A stretch of DNA of 64,000 nucleotides, taken from contig JBFWRP010000005.1 of assembly GCA_050248855.1 (NCBI GenBank), forward strand, positions 8,389-72,388, written 5' to 3'. The translations under genes and the position numbers were made by a program. The first letter of the stretch is position 1, and each line of letters opens with the position of its first letter. Shown here piece after piece: positions 27,958 through 37,222 of this stretch. The stretch comes from Planctomycetota bacterium. GTDB lineage: Bacteria; Planctomycetota; PLA2; JAEUHO01. The notes below the pieces were generated by a model. It saw only the letters and a program-made list of their open reading frames with translations, did no database searches and was not told where the DNA came from.

Positions 27958-28878
27958 TCAGCGCGGCGGGATGGTCCGCTCGACCCGCACCGTCTGGCCG
28001 GACCCGAGGGTGACGGGGATCTCCTCGACCCAGTCCTCGCTGTACTCGTAGGAGCTGATCTTGTTGTCCACGAGGATCGGGACCTCGCCCATGCCCTCGT
28101 GCCAGATCTTCAGCTTGTAGGACCCGGGCGGCACACCCTCCAAGGCGAAGGTCCCCGAGGTGTCCGTGACGGCGAAGTAGGGGTTGGTCACGGCGTGGAT
28201 CGTGCCGTTCATCCACGGGTGGATGTCGCACTTGAGGAGGTACTTGCCGGGCTTCGCGAGATAGGCCTCGGCGATCACGTGCCGCGTGCCTGCGGACCCC
28301 ATCCCGAAGCTGCTGCCGGTTCTCGACATGCGCTCGTGATACGCATGCAGGTTGTGGAGGGCGTTGTCCTGGTTGTCGACGACGATCCAGGTCTTCTCGC
28401 GCAGCACCTGCACGTGCGGCACGAACATGCACTGCCGCATGACCAGCGTGCCCTTGCGGTCCTTGGGCTTCATCGCCTCGGGCCAGTCCTTGCCCTTCGC
28501 AATGCCCTGCAGGGTGATCACGCAGCTGGCCAAGCCCAGCGTCTCGGGGTCGAAGACGCAGCGCTCCGACGGGTGGCTCTCGTGGCCACACGCCTCGACA
28601 TCCTTGTCGATCACGATGCGGCGAAGCTCGGGCTTGCTCTCGAGGCGAAGGACGCCTTCGATGCGCCCCGCGTGCTCGAGCACGGACGCGTCCACGACGT
28701 AGTCGTCCTTCTTGGACCCACCCCGCGAGCCCCGGCCACGCACGGGGGACGGGGCTGGCGCCGACGGTGCCTTCGCGTGTTCGTCCGCGGGAGCGGGTGC
28801 CAGCGCGCCGTCGCCCCCGCCGCCACAACCGACACCGGTCAGGAGGGCGAGGGTGAGAAGCCAGGCGGCGTGGCGCAC
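27958..28878 (-). CDS. Paralogous cupredoxin-like lipoprotein (tandem duplicate of 26738-27757)
   Basis: GTG at 28878 preceded by GGAAGGAGG. Lipobox LLTGVGCG. Same ACGHESHPSERCVFDPETLGLA and KCDIHPWMN motifs. About 60% identity to the neighbour by eye. Confidence 0.55.
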   Translation of the reverse strand: MRHAAWLLTLALLTGVGCGGGGDGALAPAPADEHAKAPSAPAPSPVRGRGSRGGSKKDDYVVDASVLEHAGRIEGVLRLESKPELRRIVIDKDVEACGHESHPSERCVFDPETLGLASCVITLQGIAKGKDWPEAMKPKDRKGTLVMRQCMFVPHVQVLREKTWIVVDNQDNALHNLHAYHERMSRTGSSFGMGSAGTRHVIAEAYLAKPGKYLLKCDIHPWMNGTIHAVTNPYFAVTDTSGTFALEGVPPGSYKLKIWHEGMGEVPILVDNKISSYEYSEDWVEEIPVTLGSGQTVRVERTIPPR

Positions 28879-29149
28879 GGTGGGCCTCCTTCCGGGAGGC
28901 CCACTGTCCCATGCGCGGTGGGCGCCCGTGTCCGCTACTCCGCGGCGTCCGGGGCGCCCCACTCGATCGGGGCCGGCACGGGCCGCGGCCCCAGCGTGCG
29001 TCGCGTCGGCGACTCGGGCTCGCGGGCGCCGCGCGCGGCGCGGTCGCCGGCCGCGAGGCAGGGAGCGAGCACGATCGCGGCCAGGAACACGACCACGAGC
29101 GCCAGGAAGCCGGCGTGGCGGACGAGGAACGCCTTCACGACGACACCCT

Positions 29150-32100
29150 CTAGCGGCCTGCGGCCGGCTCCGTCGGCGGGGCCGGCGGACGGTAGTGGTG
29201 CAGCAGGTAGTGCGTGAGCGCCCGGATCTGGACCTCGGCGAGGCGCTTGACTGCGTCGGTCTTGCGCTCCGCGTCCTCCGAGGCGTAGTCGGCACGCCAC
29301 TGCTCGTCGTCGCGCAGCCAGAACTGGAACGCCTGCCAGTCGGCATTCACGTCGCGGCCGTACTGACGCTTCATGGAGTAGAACTGGGGCATCTTCGTGC
29401 CGTTGATCAAGTGCGCCGGGTTGTAGAGCAGCGCCTCCACCCACGACGTGCGCAACCGGTCCGCCGACAGCGCGAACGATGGCGCCACGCCACCGTCCGT
29501 CGGGTCCGCGCCGGGCGAGCCCTTCGGCAGGTGGCACTTGTTGCAGTTGATGGTCTCGAAGAGCGCGCGGGCCTCTTCCACCCATCCCGTCAGCGGCCCC
29601 ACGGCCGGCCTCGTCTCGGTGGCCGGGATACTCAGCGGTGTCTCGAAGCGATGACCCACGAGCGCGCTGTCGTCCTGCGGCATCAGGATCGACGCGTCCT
29701 CGCCCGCCAGACGCACGAAGTACTTGGCCAGGGCGCGCGCCTCGTCGTCGGACATGCCGAAGCGCGGCATGTGCACGTTGACGATGGGGCGCAACCAGAT
29801 CGGTTCCTTCAGGAACTTCACGAGCCACTCGCTGCGCGTGCGGTAGCCCTGACCGAACAGGTTGGGCGGCAGCGTCGCCGGGTCCACGCCCAGGTCCGCC
29901 TTCTGCTGCCAGAGCAGGCCGGCCATGCCCTCGAGGGTGTGGCACTGGTTGCAGCCGTAGCGCTTGGCCACGTTGCGGCCCTCGATCAGCTCCAGCTCTT
30001 CCTCCGAGGGGTTGGCAAGCGCTCCCGACTGGATCTTGTCGGCGGTGAAGCCCGCCACCATGGCCGTGACGGCGCGACGCGTCTCCATGGGCCAGCTGAA
30101 GGTCTCGCCTTCCTCGGGCTCGTAGTCGGCCGGGACGGGCAGCTCGCCCTGCGGGGGGGTCCAGAAGTTGAAGCGCGGCATGCGCAGCTTGTCGGGCCAG
30201 GGCTTGAGCTTGCCGACGTCCCAGACGCGCGGCGTGCGCAGCTTGTGGAAGAAGAAGTTGGATCGGGAGTGCGGCACGAGGTCCTTGGGCACCACGCCGA
30301 AGTCGAGCTGGTGCAGGTCCTTCGAACCGTGCTCGCTGAGCTCGACGCCGATCGGGTTCTCGTCCTGGTGCCCGGCGACCTCGTGGCAGCCGAAACAGCC
30401 GTTGCGCGACAAGAGCTTCTCGCCGACGCGCGCCAGCTGCGTGGCGAGGTTCTCGCCGCTCAAGGAACCGATCTCGCCCTTGATCACGTCGCGCCGCACC
30501 CACTCCCCGGTCTCGGCGTCCTTGCCGAAGAACACCTCGATCATCTCGCGCAGGATCGGCTCGAAGCGCGGGCTCCAGCCGAGGTCGGGCAGCGCGTCGA
30601 ACTCCTCGTGCTTGGAGGCCATGAGGTACGCGATGATGTCCGCACGCATCTGCGCGCCGTCAGCCACCTTGACGCCCTGCGCGTCGTACTTGTCGACCAG
30701 ACGCATGTCGGGCATGCGCGTGGTGGACGTGTAATGGCGCGGGTTCTTCAGCCACGCGTTGAGCCACGCCGTGTCCTTGAGCTTGCTGCCCAGACCGATG
30801 AGCGACGGGCCCTGCATGCGCAGGGGGTCGTAGGCGAAGCGCGCGGGGCCATCGGCCTCCCAGCCGTCGGGGCCCATCACCTCGGGCACGATGTGACAGG
30901 CCGTGCAACCCTTCTCGTCGACGAGGGAGCGCCCGCGCTCGGCGTCGCCCTCGGGCAAAACCTCGTCGTAGTCGGGGTTGTAGGTGGCCGGGTCGGACGG
31001 ATCACGCTGGGTCGTGATGCGCGGCTCGCCGTCGTCCGTGAACTTGGGCTGGTTCATCAGGTACGTCGCCATGGCGACGACCTGCAGCTTCATCATGTCC
31101 TCGTCGTCCGTGGACGTCTGCGGGCCCAGCTCGAGGGCGAACTCGGGGTCCAGCATGTGCGCATCGGTGACGGGCAGGATCCTGAGGCTGCCGTCCTCGT
31201 TGCGCGACGGTTGCCACTGCCAGTCCTTGTCCAGGAACCAGAAGAAGCTGGGCATCTTCGTGGTGGGCCGGAAGACGTCCGGGTGCAGGATCCACTTGTA
31301 GAGCCACTCGATGTCGACCTTGTCGGCCAGGGTGGACAGGGTCGGCGCCACGCGCGGCGGGTCCTCGTAGCCCACTTGCTGGCCGAAGTCCTTGATGATG
31401 TGGCAGCCCTGACAGCCGTAGGCGACGATGGTGTCGTACCCGCGATCGTAGCGCTCGGCGCGCCAGTCGTAGTCGTGGACGACCGAGTCGACCCAGCGAT
31501 CGGCCAGGGTCTTGCCGTCCGGACCGGGTGCAGGGTTGCCGAAGCCCTCCTCGGGATCGTCGCTGGCCAGGAACTCGTACACAGGCAGCTCTTCGAGCTG
31601 CAGCTTCTGTTGGGCGATGACATCGGCCATGGTCACCGGCGCCGGCGTCCACGAGGTTGCCGGCCTCGGGGCCGGAGGCAGCGCGTACTCGCTGTGGGCC
31701 TCCCAGGGACCGAGAAGCCGATTGGCCGGTGTGGCAACGCGCGGGTCGTCGGCCGGATACCGCATCTGGCCGATCTCGGACTTCTCGCCCAGCACCACGT
31801 CCTCGCCATGGACGTAGCCGTGTTCGAGGCTCTCGGGATAGTGCACAGGCCAGGCAATACCGTCCTTGTGGCACTTCCAGCACTGGCCTTCCGCGTAGTC
31901 GGTCGCCAACATCGGGTACTCGATGTAGTGCGGCTCGTGGTAGCCGTGCTCGTCCTTCCAGCGCTGCTCGGTCTTGGCATCTTCCGGGTGGTGGGCCGCG
32001 CGACTGAAGTCGGTGGCCCAGCCCACGCCGTGGTGGCAGACGGTGCAGCCGAAACGCTCGATCGGATGCGGCCCGCCAGCCCCCACCATGAGATCGAGGC

Positions 32101-33094
32101 CCGGGTGCGCCTGCATCCAAACCGGCAGCTCGTACTTCTCGACGTTCTGCGGCTCGCCCATGCTGGGCACGGCGGCGCCCACGTGGCACGTCATGCAACG
32201 GTCCACGCGCTTGTTCGTGGCGAAGTTCCAGTTGTCGTGGATGTCGTCAAGGACGACCTGCTTCACCTCGATGGAGCGGGCGATGAAGTCCACGAAGGGC
32301 GCGTTGCGCCAGGAGTTCTTCTCGTACAGCGCCTCGAAGCCCTTGAGCGTCGCCTCGGCTACCGCCTTGTCCTGCAACAGCGAGGTCAGACGGGCCTGGG
32401 CGTCGGTCCAAGGCCTCTCCATGGCCGTCAGGCGCCGCTCGGCGTCCTGCCAGTTGGCCGCCGCCGTGAGGTACCGATCCTCGGCCTCGTAGAGCATCTG
32501 ACCGTAGCGCAAGACGGGCTCGCGCGCGGCCTCCATGGCCTCCCGCGCAGCTTCGACGTCCGCCGCGGAGACGGCCGGCATGCCCAAGGCGGCCGTGTCC
32601 TGTGCGAGCTGCGCATCGCGAATGCGCTCGGCGCGCTGGAAGGCCGCGCGCTTGGTCTCGAAGATGTAGCGCGCGGGCGAGAGGAGGCCCTTGACGCCCT
32701 TCACCTCCTTGTCGCGCTCGTCCATGACGCGCTTGAGCTCATGCCGCTCGGCCATCAGCTCTTCGCGGCTGATGGGCTTCTTGACCTTGTCGAGCTCGGC
32801 CTTGGCCTCGTCCACGGCGACCCGCGCCGCCTGCACCTCTTCCTCCAGCGTGAACACCTCGGCGCGCTTCGCCCGGGCCTGGTCGCGTGCGATCTCGATC
32901 TGCTTGTCGAAGTAGGCCTTCTGGTAGGTCTTCCAGGGCCGGGCGTAGTCCTTCCAGACCATGGCCACGATGGCCACGACGAGCAGGACCGAGAACACGA
33001 GGAACCACACGCTCAAGAGCCCCGGGCGGTAGAGCCGCTCGTGGTCTCGGTTGCGGTGGCGCAGGGCGGCAGGCGTCGGTCGGCTGGCGGCCAT
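29150..33094 (-). CDS. Membrane-anchored octahaem c-type cytochrome (1314 aa), cytochrome c subunit of the Rieske/cyt b complex
   Basis: N-terminal TM LLSVWFLVFSVLLVVAIVAMVW, then a coiled-coil region. Eight CxxCH motifs: CMTCH, CTVCH, CWKCH, CQGCH, CTACH, CFGCH, CNQCH, CNKCH. Confidence 0.8.
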   Translation of the reverse strand: MAASRPTPAALRHRNRDHERLYRPGLLSVWFLVFSVLLVVAIVAMVWKDYARPWKTYQKAYFDKQIEIARDQARAKRAEVFTLEEEVQAARVAVDEAKAELDKVKKPISREELMAERHELKRVMDERDKEVKGVKGLLSPARYIFETKRAAFQRAERIRDAQLAQDTAALGMPAVSAADVEAAREAMEAAREPVLRYGQMLYEAEDRYLTAAANWQDAERRLTAMERPWTDAQARLTSLLQDKAVAEATLKGFEALYEKNSWRNAPFVDFIARSIEVKQVVLDDIHDNWNFATNKRVDRCMTCHVGAAVPSMGEPQNVEKYELPVWMQAHPGLDLMVGAGGPHPIERFGCTVCHHGVGWATDFSRAAHHPEDAKTEQRWKDEHGYHEPHYIEYPMLATDYAEGQCWKCHKDGIAWPVHYPESLEHGYVHGEDVVLGEKSEIGQMRYPADDPRVATPANRLLGPWEAHSEYALPPAPRPATSWTPAPVTMADVIAQQKLQLEELPVYEFLASDDPEEGFGNPAPGPDGKTLADRWVDSVVHDYDWRAERYDRGYDTIVAYGCQGCHIIKDFGQQVGYEDPPRVAPTLSTLADKVDIEWLYKWILHPDVFRPTTKMPSFFWFLDKDWQWQPSRNEDGSLRILPVTDAHMLDPEFALELGPQTSTDDEDMMKLQVVAMATYLMNQPKFTDDGEPRITTQRDPSDPATYNPDYDEVLPEGDAERGRSLVDEKGCTACHIVPEVMGPDGWEADGPARFAYDPLRMQGPSLIGLGSKLKDTAWLNAWLKNPRHYTSTTRMPDMRLVDKYDAQGVKVADGAQMRADIIAYLMASKHEEFDALPDLGWSPRFEPILREMIEVFFGKDAETGEWVRRDVIKGEIGSLSGENLATQLARVGEKLLSRNGCFGCHEVAGHQDENPIGVELSEHGSKDLHQLDFGVVPKDLVPHSRSNFFFHKLRTPRVWDVGKLKPWPDKLRMPRFNFWTPPQGELPVPADYEPEEGETFSWPMETRRAVTAMVAGFTADKIQSGALANPSEEELELIEGRNVAKRYGCNQCHTLEGMAGLLWQQKADLGVDPATLPPNLFGQGYRTRSEWLVKFLKEPIWLRPIVNVHMPRFGMSDDEARALAKYFVRLAGEDASILMPQDDSALVGHRFETPLSIPATETRPAVGPLTGWVEEARALFETINCNKCHLPKGSPGADPTDGGVAPSFALSADRLRTSWVEALLYNPAHLINGTKMPQFYSMKRQYGRDVNADWQAFQFWLRDDEQWRADYASEDAERKTDAVKRLAEVQIRALTHYLLHHYRPPAPPTEPAAGR

Positions 33095-33118
33095 GGAGGA
33101 CCTCCGTCGCGTCGGGCG

Positions 33119-34222
33119 TCAGATGTTCAGCTGGATGTCGGGCAGGTTGACGATGTACTTCAGGTTGAACATCCACCGGAGCACCATCTTGATGGGCACG
33201 GCGGCCATGATCAGACCCAAGTTGGCGACCACGCCGAAGCGGATGGCGCCCAGCTCCCGGAAGAGCTTCTTGCCGATCGTGTTGGCGAAGATCACGGGCA
33301 GTACGCCCATGTAGCCGACGACCAGCAGGATGCCCGGCAGCTCACGCAAGAGCACGCTCTCCGGCTCCATGCCGCCGAGCAGCTTCACGTAGAAGATCTC
33401 GCTCACGTCGATGTTGAGCAGCGGCTCGACCTTGTTCACGTCCCAAGGCTCGAACACACCGAAGAAGTTCCACCCGGGCCCGCGCAGGAACGTGCCGAGG
33501 AACACCTGCAGGACCCAGAGGATGAGGAAGCCGAAGAGGAAGACCGAGATGGCCCCCTTGCGCCCCTTCAACGTGTAGTAGCCGTTGCCCTTGGGGTTGC
33601 GATCCACGTAGGGGATGGCCATGAGCCCGATCATGATCAGCATGGGGATCAGGATGCCGGCCAGCCACGGGTCGAAGTAGACGAGCAGCTCCTGCAGGCC
33701 GAGGAAGTACCACGGCGCCTTGGCCGGGTTGGGCGTGCGACCGGCGTTGGCCGGCTCCTCCAGCGGCGCCTCGAGCAACACGGCCCACACGATGAGGACC
33801 ACCGCGCAGGCGACCATGGCAATGAGCTCGGTATAGACCAAGTCCGGCCAGACCAGGACCTTGCGCGTCTTCTCGGCGGCCTCGACGGGCGGCTCGCCCT
33901 TGGCGATGCGCGCGTCGTTGACCGAAGCCTTGCGCAGCGACAGCCAGTAGAAGAAGAACAACAGGCCCAAGATCATGACGATCGGGACGTTGTCCGGCTT
34001 GGTGAGGCTTCGCACGAACTCGGCGTGGCCCTCGACCAGCCCGATCGGCAGGCAGGCGTAGACGAGCAACAGGACCAGGAACGCGCCGATCGCCAGGGCA
34101 ATCGGCGGCCGGGTCCAGACGTGCGCGAACTTCAAGCTGAGGATCAACAGCACGATGCTGATGGCGGAGAGGATCTCCGGCCGGGTCAGCACGTTGAGGA
34201 TGCGGTCGATGGTCTCGAACAC
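33119..34222 (-). CDS. Cytochrome b C-terminal portion (subunit IV-like) of a b6-type bc complex
   Basis: PEWY-type motif APWYFLGLQELLVYF. Polytopic membrane protein. Immediately downstream of the cytochrome b6 gene. Confidence 0.8.
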   Translation of the reverse strand: MFETIDRILNVLTRPEILSAISIVLLILSLKFAHVWTRPPIALAIGAFLVLLLVYACLPIGLVEGHAEFVRSLTKPDNVPIVMILGLLFFFYWLSLRKASVNDARIAKGEPPVEAAEKTRKVLVWPDLVYTELIAMVACAVVLIVWAVLLEAPLEEPANAGRTPNPAKAPWYFLGLQELLVYFDPWLAGILIPMLIMIGLMAIPYVDRNPKGNGYYTLKGRKGAISVFLFGFLILWVLQVFLGTFLRGPGWNFFGVFEPWDVNKVEPLLNIDVSEIFYVKLLGGMEPESVLLRELPGILLVVGYMGVLPVIFANTIGKKLFRELGAIRFGVVANLGLIMAAVPIKMVLRWMFNLKYIVNLPDIQLNI

Positions 34223-34246
34223 GGGTGCCTCCCTCGCCTCGGCCGA

Positions 34247-35014
34247 TCAGAGCGGGCCGCTGATGCCGCCGTCCTTGCGGACGCGCCAGAAGTGGACCGC
34301 CATGAGCACCATCGCGATCACGGGCACCGCGATGCAGTGGAGCACGTAGAAGCGCAGCAGCGTCTGCTCGCCCACGAACCGTCCGCCGAGGAGGGCGTAC
34401 CGGATGTCGTTGCCTGACGTGACGAACTGGATGTCGTCCAGCACGAGCAGGTTGGAGAGCGGGCCCTCCGTGCCGATGGCCGGGTGGGCGCGGGCCATGT
34501 TCGAGCCGACCGTCACGGCCCAGATGGCCAGCTGGTCCCAGGGCAGCAAGTACCCCGTGAACGACATGAACAGGGTCACGACGAGCAAGATGACGCCGAT
34601 GCCCCAGTTGAACTCGCGCGGCGGCTTGTACGACCCCGTCATGAAGACGCGGAACATGTGCAACCAGACCGTGATGACCATCGCGTGGGCGCCCCAGCGA
34701 TGGATCTCGCGCATGATGCCGAGCGGGATGTCTTCGCGCAGCGCCATGATGTCGGAGTAGGCGCTGGCGGCGACCGGCCGGTAGTAGAACATCAGCAAGA
34801 TGCCGGTGACGGTCTCGACGAGGAACAGGAAGAACGTCAGCCCACCCATGCACCACGTGAACGAGAGCCGGATGCCCGAGGCGCGGGCCCGCACCGGGTG
34901 CAGGTGCAGGAAGACGTTGGCCAGCATGACCATGGCGCGGTTGCGCGCCGTGGTCGGCGGACCGTGTCGGAAGATGCTCTTCCAGATCTGCGATTCGCGA
35001 AGGGCCTTGAGCAT
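34247..35014 (-). CDS. Cytochrome b6 (haem-binding N-terminal half of cytochrome b)
   Basis: His-pair helices VFLHLHPVR...HRWGAHAMV...HFWRVRKDGG. 255 aa. Confidence 0.85.
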   Translation of the reverse strand: MLKALRESQIWKSIFRHGPPTTARNRAMVMLANVFLHLHPVRARASGIRLSFTWCMGGLTFFLFLVETVTGILLMFYYRPVAASAYSDIMALREDIPLGIMREIHRWGAHAMVITVWLHMFRVFMTGSYKPPREFNWGIGVILLVVTLFMSFTGYLLPWDQLAIWAVTVGSNMARAHPAIGTEGPLSNLLVLDDIQFVTSGNDIRYALLGGRFVGEQTLLRFYVLHCIAVPVIAMVLMAVHFWRVRKDGGISGPL

Positions 35015-35029
35015 GCTGGTCTCCGCCGG

Positions 35030-35668
35030 TCAGGCCGGGAGATAGAACTGGGGGGCGTCGCAGGTGCCCTGCTCGGGCTGGCACTTGGCCGTCTTGTCGA
35101 CGAGCACCTTGCCCGTGACCGGGTCCAGCGCCACACGGAAGCGCTCCAGCGGGCGCGGCGTGGGGCCTTCGAAGTTGACGCCGTCGATGTAGTAGCCCGA
35201 GCCGTGGCAGGGGCACTTGTACTTGGCGTCGCCGGGCAGCCAGTTGGGCGTGCAGCCCAGGTGCGTACACACGGTGGACAGCGCCATGATCCGGCCGCCC
35301 GTGTTGACCATCCAGACGCCGTTCGTCTCCTTCCACGTCTCGTCCACCTTCTCGGCCGTGAAGGTGCTCGGCGCAGCCGTCAGGAACTTCTGCGGCGGCT
35401 CGAACGACACGTTGGGGAACAGGAAGCGCACGGTGGCCAGCGTGCCGATGCCGCCTGCGGTGGCGAATGCGGCCCAGCCGTGGAACGCGGCGCTGAACAC
35501 GCCGCGGCGCGTGACCTTCATGGGCTCGCGGCCGTCCTTGGGCGCCAGGCGTTCGATCTGCTTGGCCGTCTTCGAGCCGTCCTCGACGGGGAAGTCGTAG
35601 GGCCAGGGGCTCGGCCACGCCGGCGGCGGCGTGGTTCCCTTCACGGGAGCAGAGGATTCGTCGCTCAT
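35030..35668 (-). CDS. Rieske [2Fe-2S] iron-sulfur protein
   Basis: CTHLGC...CPCHGS boxes. N-terminal TM. 212 aa. Confidence 0.85.
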   Translation of the reverse strand: MSDESSAPVKGTTPPPAWPSPWPYDFPVEDGSKTAKQIERLAPKDGREPMKVTRRGVFSAAFHGWAAFATAGGIGTLATVRFLFPNVSFEPPQKFLTAAPSTFTAEKVDETWKETNGVWMVNTGGRIMALSTVCTHLGCTPNWLPGDAKYKCPCHGSGYYIDGVNFEGPTPRPLERFRVALDPVTGKVLVDKTAKCQPEQGTCDAPQFYLPA

Positions 35669-36762
35669 CGCTGTCCTCCGGTGGATTCGGCCGGGCCTGC
35701 GTCCCAGCGCGCCAGGGCCTGGCGGGCGGCGGCGCGAACCGCGTCGTCGCCCTCGTGGGCCGTGTCGGTCAGCCGCTCGACGAGCGGCTTCAAGTCGGGG
35801 TCGCGCAGCGCCAAGGCCGAGCCGATGGCGTTGCCGAGCGCCGCGGACTGGAACGCCGGGTCGATGCCCAGCTCCTCCAGACCGCCGCGGGACAGCGACT
35901 GTGCGAGGAGGTGCTTGCCCGACGCATCGCCGCGGCGAGCCAACCCGTACGCGGCGTTCAGGCGGATGCCCGCGCTGGGGGCATCGAGCCCCGACGTCAG
36001 CAGCTGGCGCGTCTGGGGGCTGTCGGCTTGCGCGCCCCCGTGGCGGGGCAGCCCGAGCAACGCCAAGCCGCTCATGCCCATCGTGCGCACCTCGACGTCT
36101 TTCTCTGCAGGTCCCGCCATGGTCACGTAGGCGGACTCGGCAAGGCGCGACTCGAAGTGCAGCAAGCCCGCAGCCGCCGCGCGACGCACGTCGCTGGATG
36201 CAGCCTTGCGGCCTTCGCCCGGGTAGAGGACGTCGAGCAACACGGGCAAGGCGCCGATCACCTCGGCGCGACCCAACGCGCGCGCGAGGCCCTGCTGGCG
36301 CTCCTCGCTCTCCTCCTCGCGGGCGAGACGGAACGCCCTGAGCAGCCGCTCCTGGAAGTCGGGGGCCGCGTAGAACGGCGCGGGCTCGACGGGCTCGCCC
36401 GCGCGGCGCTGCGCCTCGACGCGGTTGCGCTCTTCGGCGATGGCGATGGCCAGCTGCTGCGAGGCCTGCTGCTGGCGGTTCTCCCCGCCGTCCAAGAGCA
36501 CCGTCAGCATGCCCTCCGGCGTCGTCTCCTCCTTGCCGAGCAGGCCGAACAGGAGGAACAGACCGACCGCCGCGACCACGATCAAGACGGGGAAGAAGAA
36601 GTACTGCCAGAGCAGCAGGGAGCGCTTGCCCCCCGGGGTCTCGGGCTGCTGCCGCTGGAACAGCGGGTCCCCCGCATTCGCCTTCGACGGCGCCGCGCCG
36701 GCGGCGCCGGTCCCGGCGTCAGGGCCGCCCTGGGGCGGTTCGGGGGAGGGCGTCGAGGGCAC
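35665..36762 (-). CDS. Membrane-anchored HEAT-repeat (PBS-lyase-like) protein, first gene of the bc-complex operon
   Basis: One TM (FFFPVLIVVAAVGLFLLFGLLG). Repeated AAAGLL/AAYGLARRGD HEAT-like units. ATGA overlap with the Rieske gene. Confidence 0.6.
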   Translation of the reverse strand: MPSTPSPEPPQGGPDAGTGAAGAAPSKANAGDPLFQRQQPETPGGKRSLLLWQYFFFPVLIVVAAVGLFLLFGLLGKEETTPEGMLTVLLDGGENRQQQASQQLAIAIAEERNRVEAQRRAGEPVEPAPFYAAPDFQERLLRAFRLAREEESEERQQGLARALGRAEVIGALPVLLDVLYPGEGRKAASSDVRRAAAAGLLHFESRLAESAYVTMAGPAEKDVEVRTMGMSGLALLGLPRHGGAQADSPQTRQLLTSGLDAPSAGIRLNAAYGLARRGDASGKHLLAQSLSRGGLEELGIDPAFQSAALGNAIGSALALRDPDLKPLVERLTDTAHEGDDAVRAAARQALARWDAGPAESTGGQR

Positions 36763-37222
36763 GTATGTCCGCTGGTGCTCGGGAGGCAGGGATGGACCGC
36801 TGGCGACCCCCGGCCTCCCCGCCGGGATCGCGCCGTGAGTCTAGGGATCTGGGCCCCCCCTCCGAAGGTTTGCCGCCCCCGCGACCGTGCGCGCGAGGCC
36901 TCCTCGCAGGGGCTGGTCGGCGAACGTGCGTTCGTCGGGTCGGAGGCGCGCCGGGCGAAACCACAGCGCTCGTGCGATACATGAGAACGGCTCGCAGGAT
37001 GAAGGTGGCTCTCGACCTCTGCTCGGGAGCCACCCTGGGGCGTTCGCAATGTCGCGCGCGCTCGACACGCAGCGCCCCGGTGACGAGTCGTCTGGACGCT
37101 CGATCCGGGCGAGGCCCAGGTTTCCGGGCCTCGACCTCGCGGTCCCCCTCTTGCGTTCGAGGCGGTCGTGGTGGAGGACAGACGCGTCCGGCGGCAACGC
37201 CTGCGCGTCGCGAGGACCCGCC

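Noticed and set aside
23084-28051. 1655-aa + ORF
   Set aside because: It is antisense to ccoO/P, ccoN and the cupredoxin genes. It has low-complexity Arg/Gly/Asp composition and no motifs.
28712-34417. 1901-aa + ORF
   Set aside because: It is antisense to the octahaem cytochrome and cytochrome b genes, whose products carry unmistakable CxxCH and PEWY motifs.
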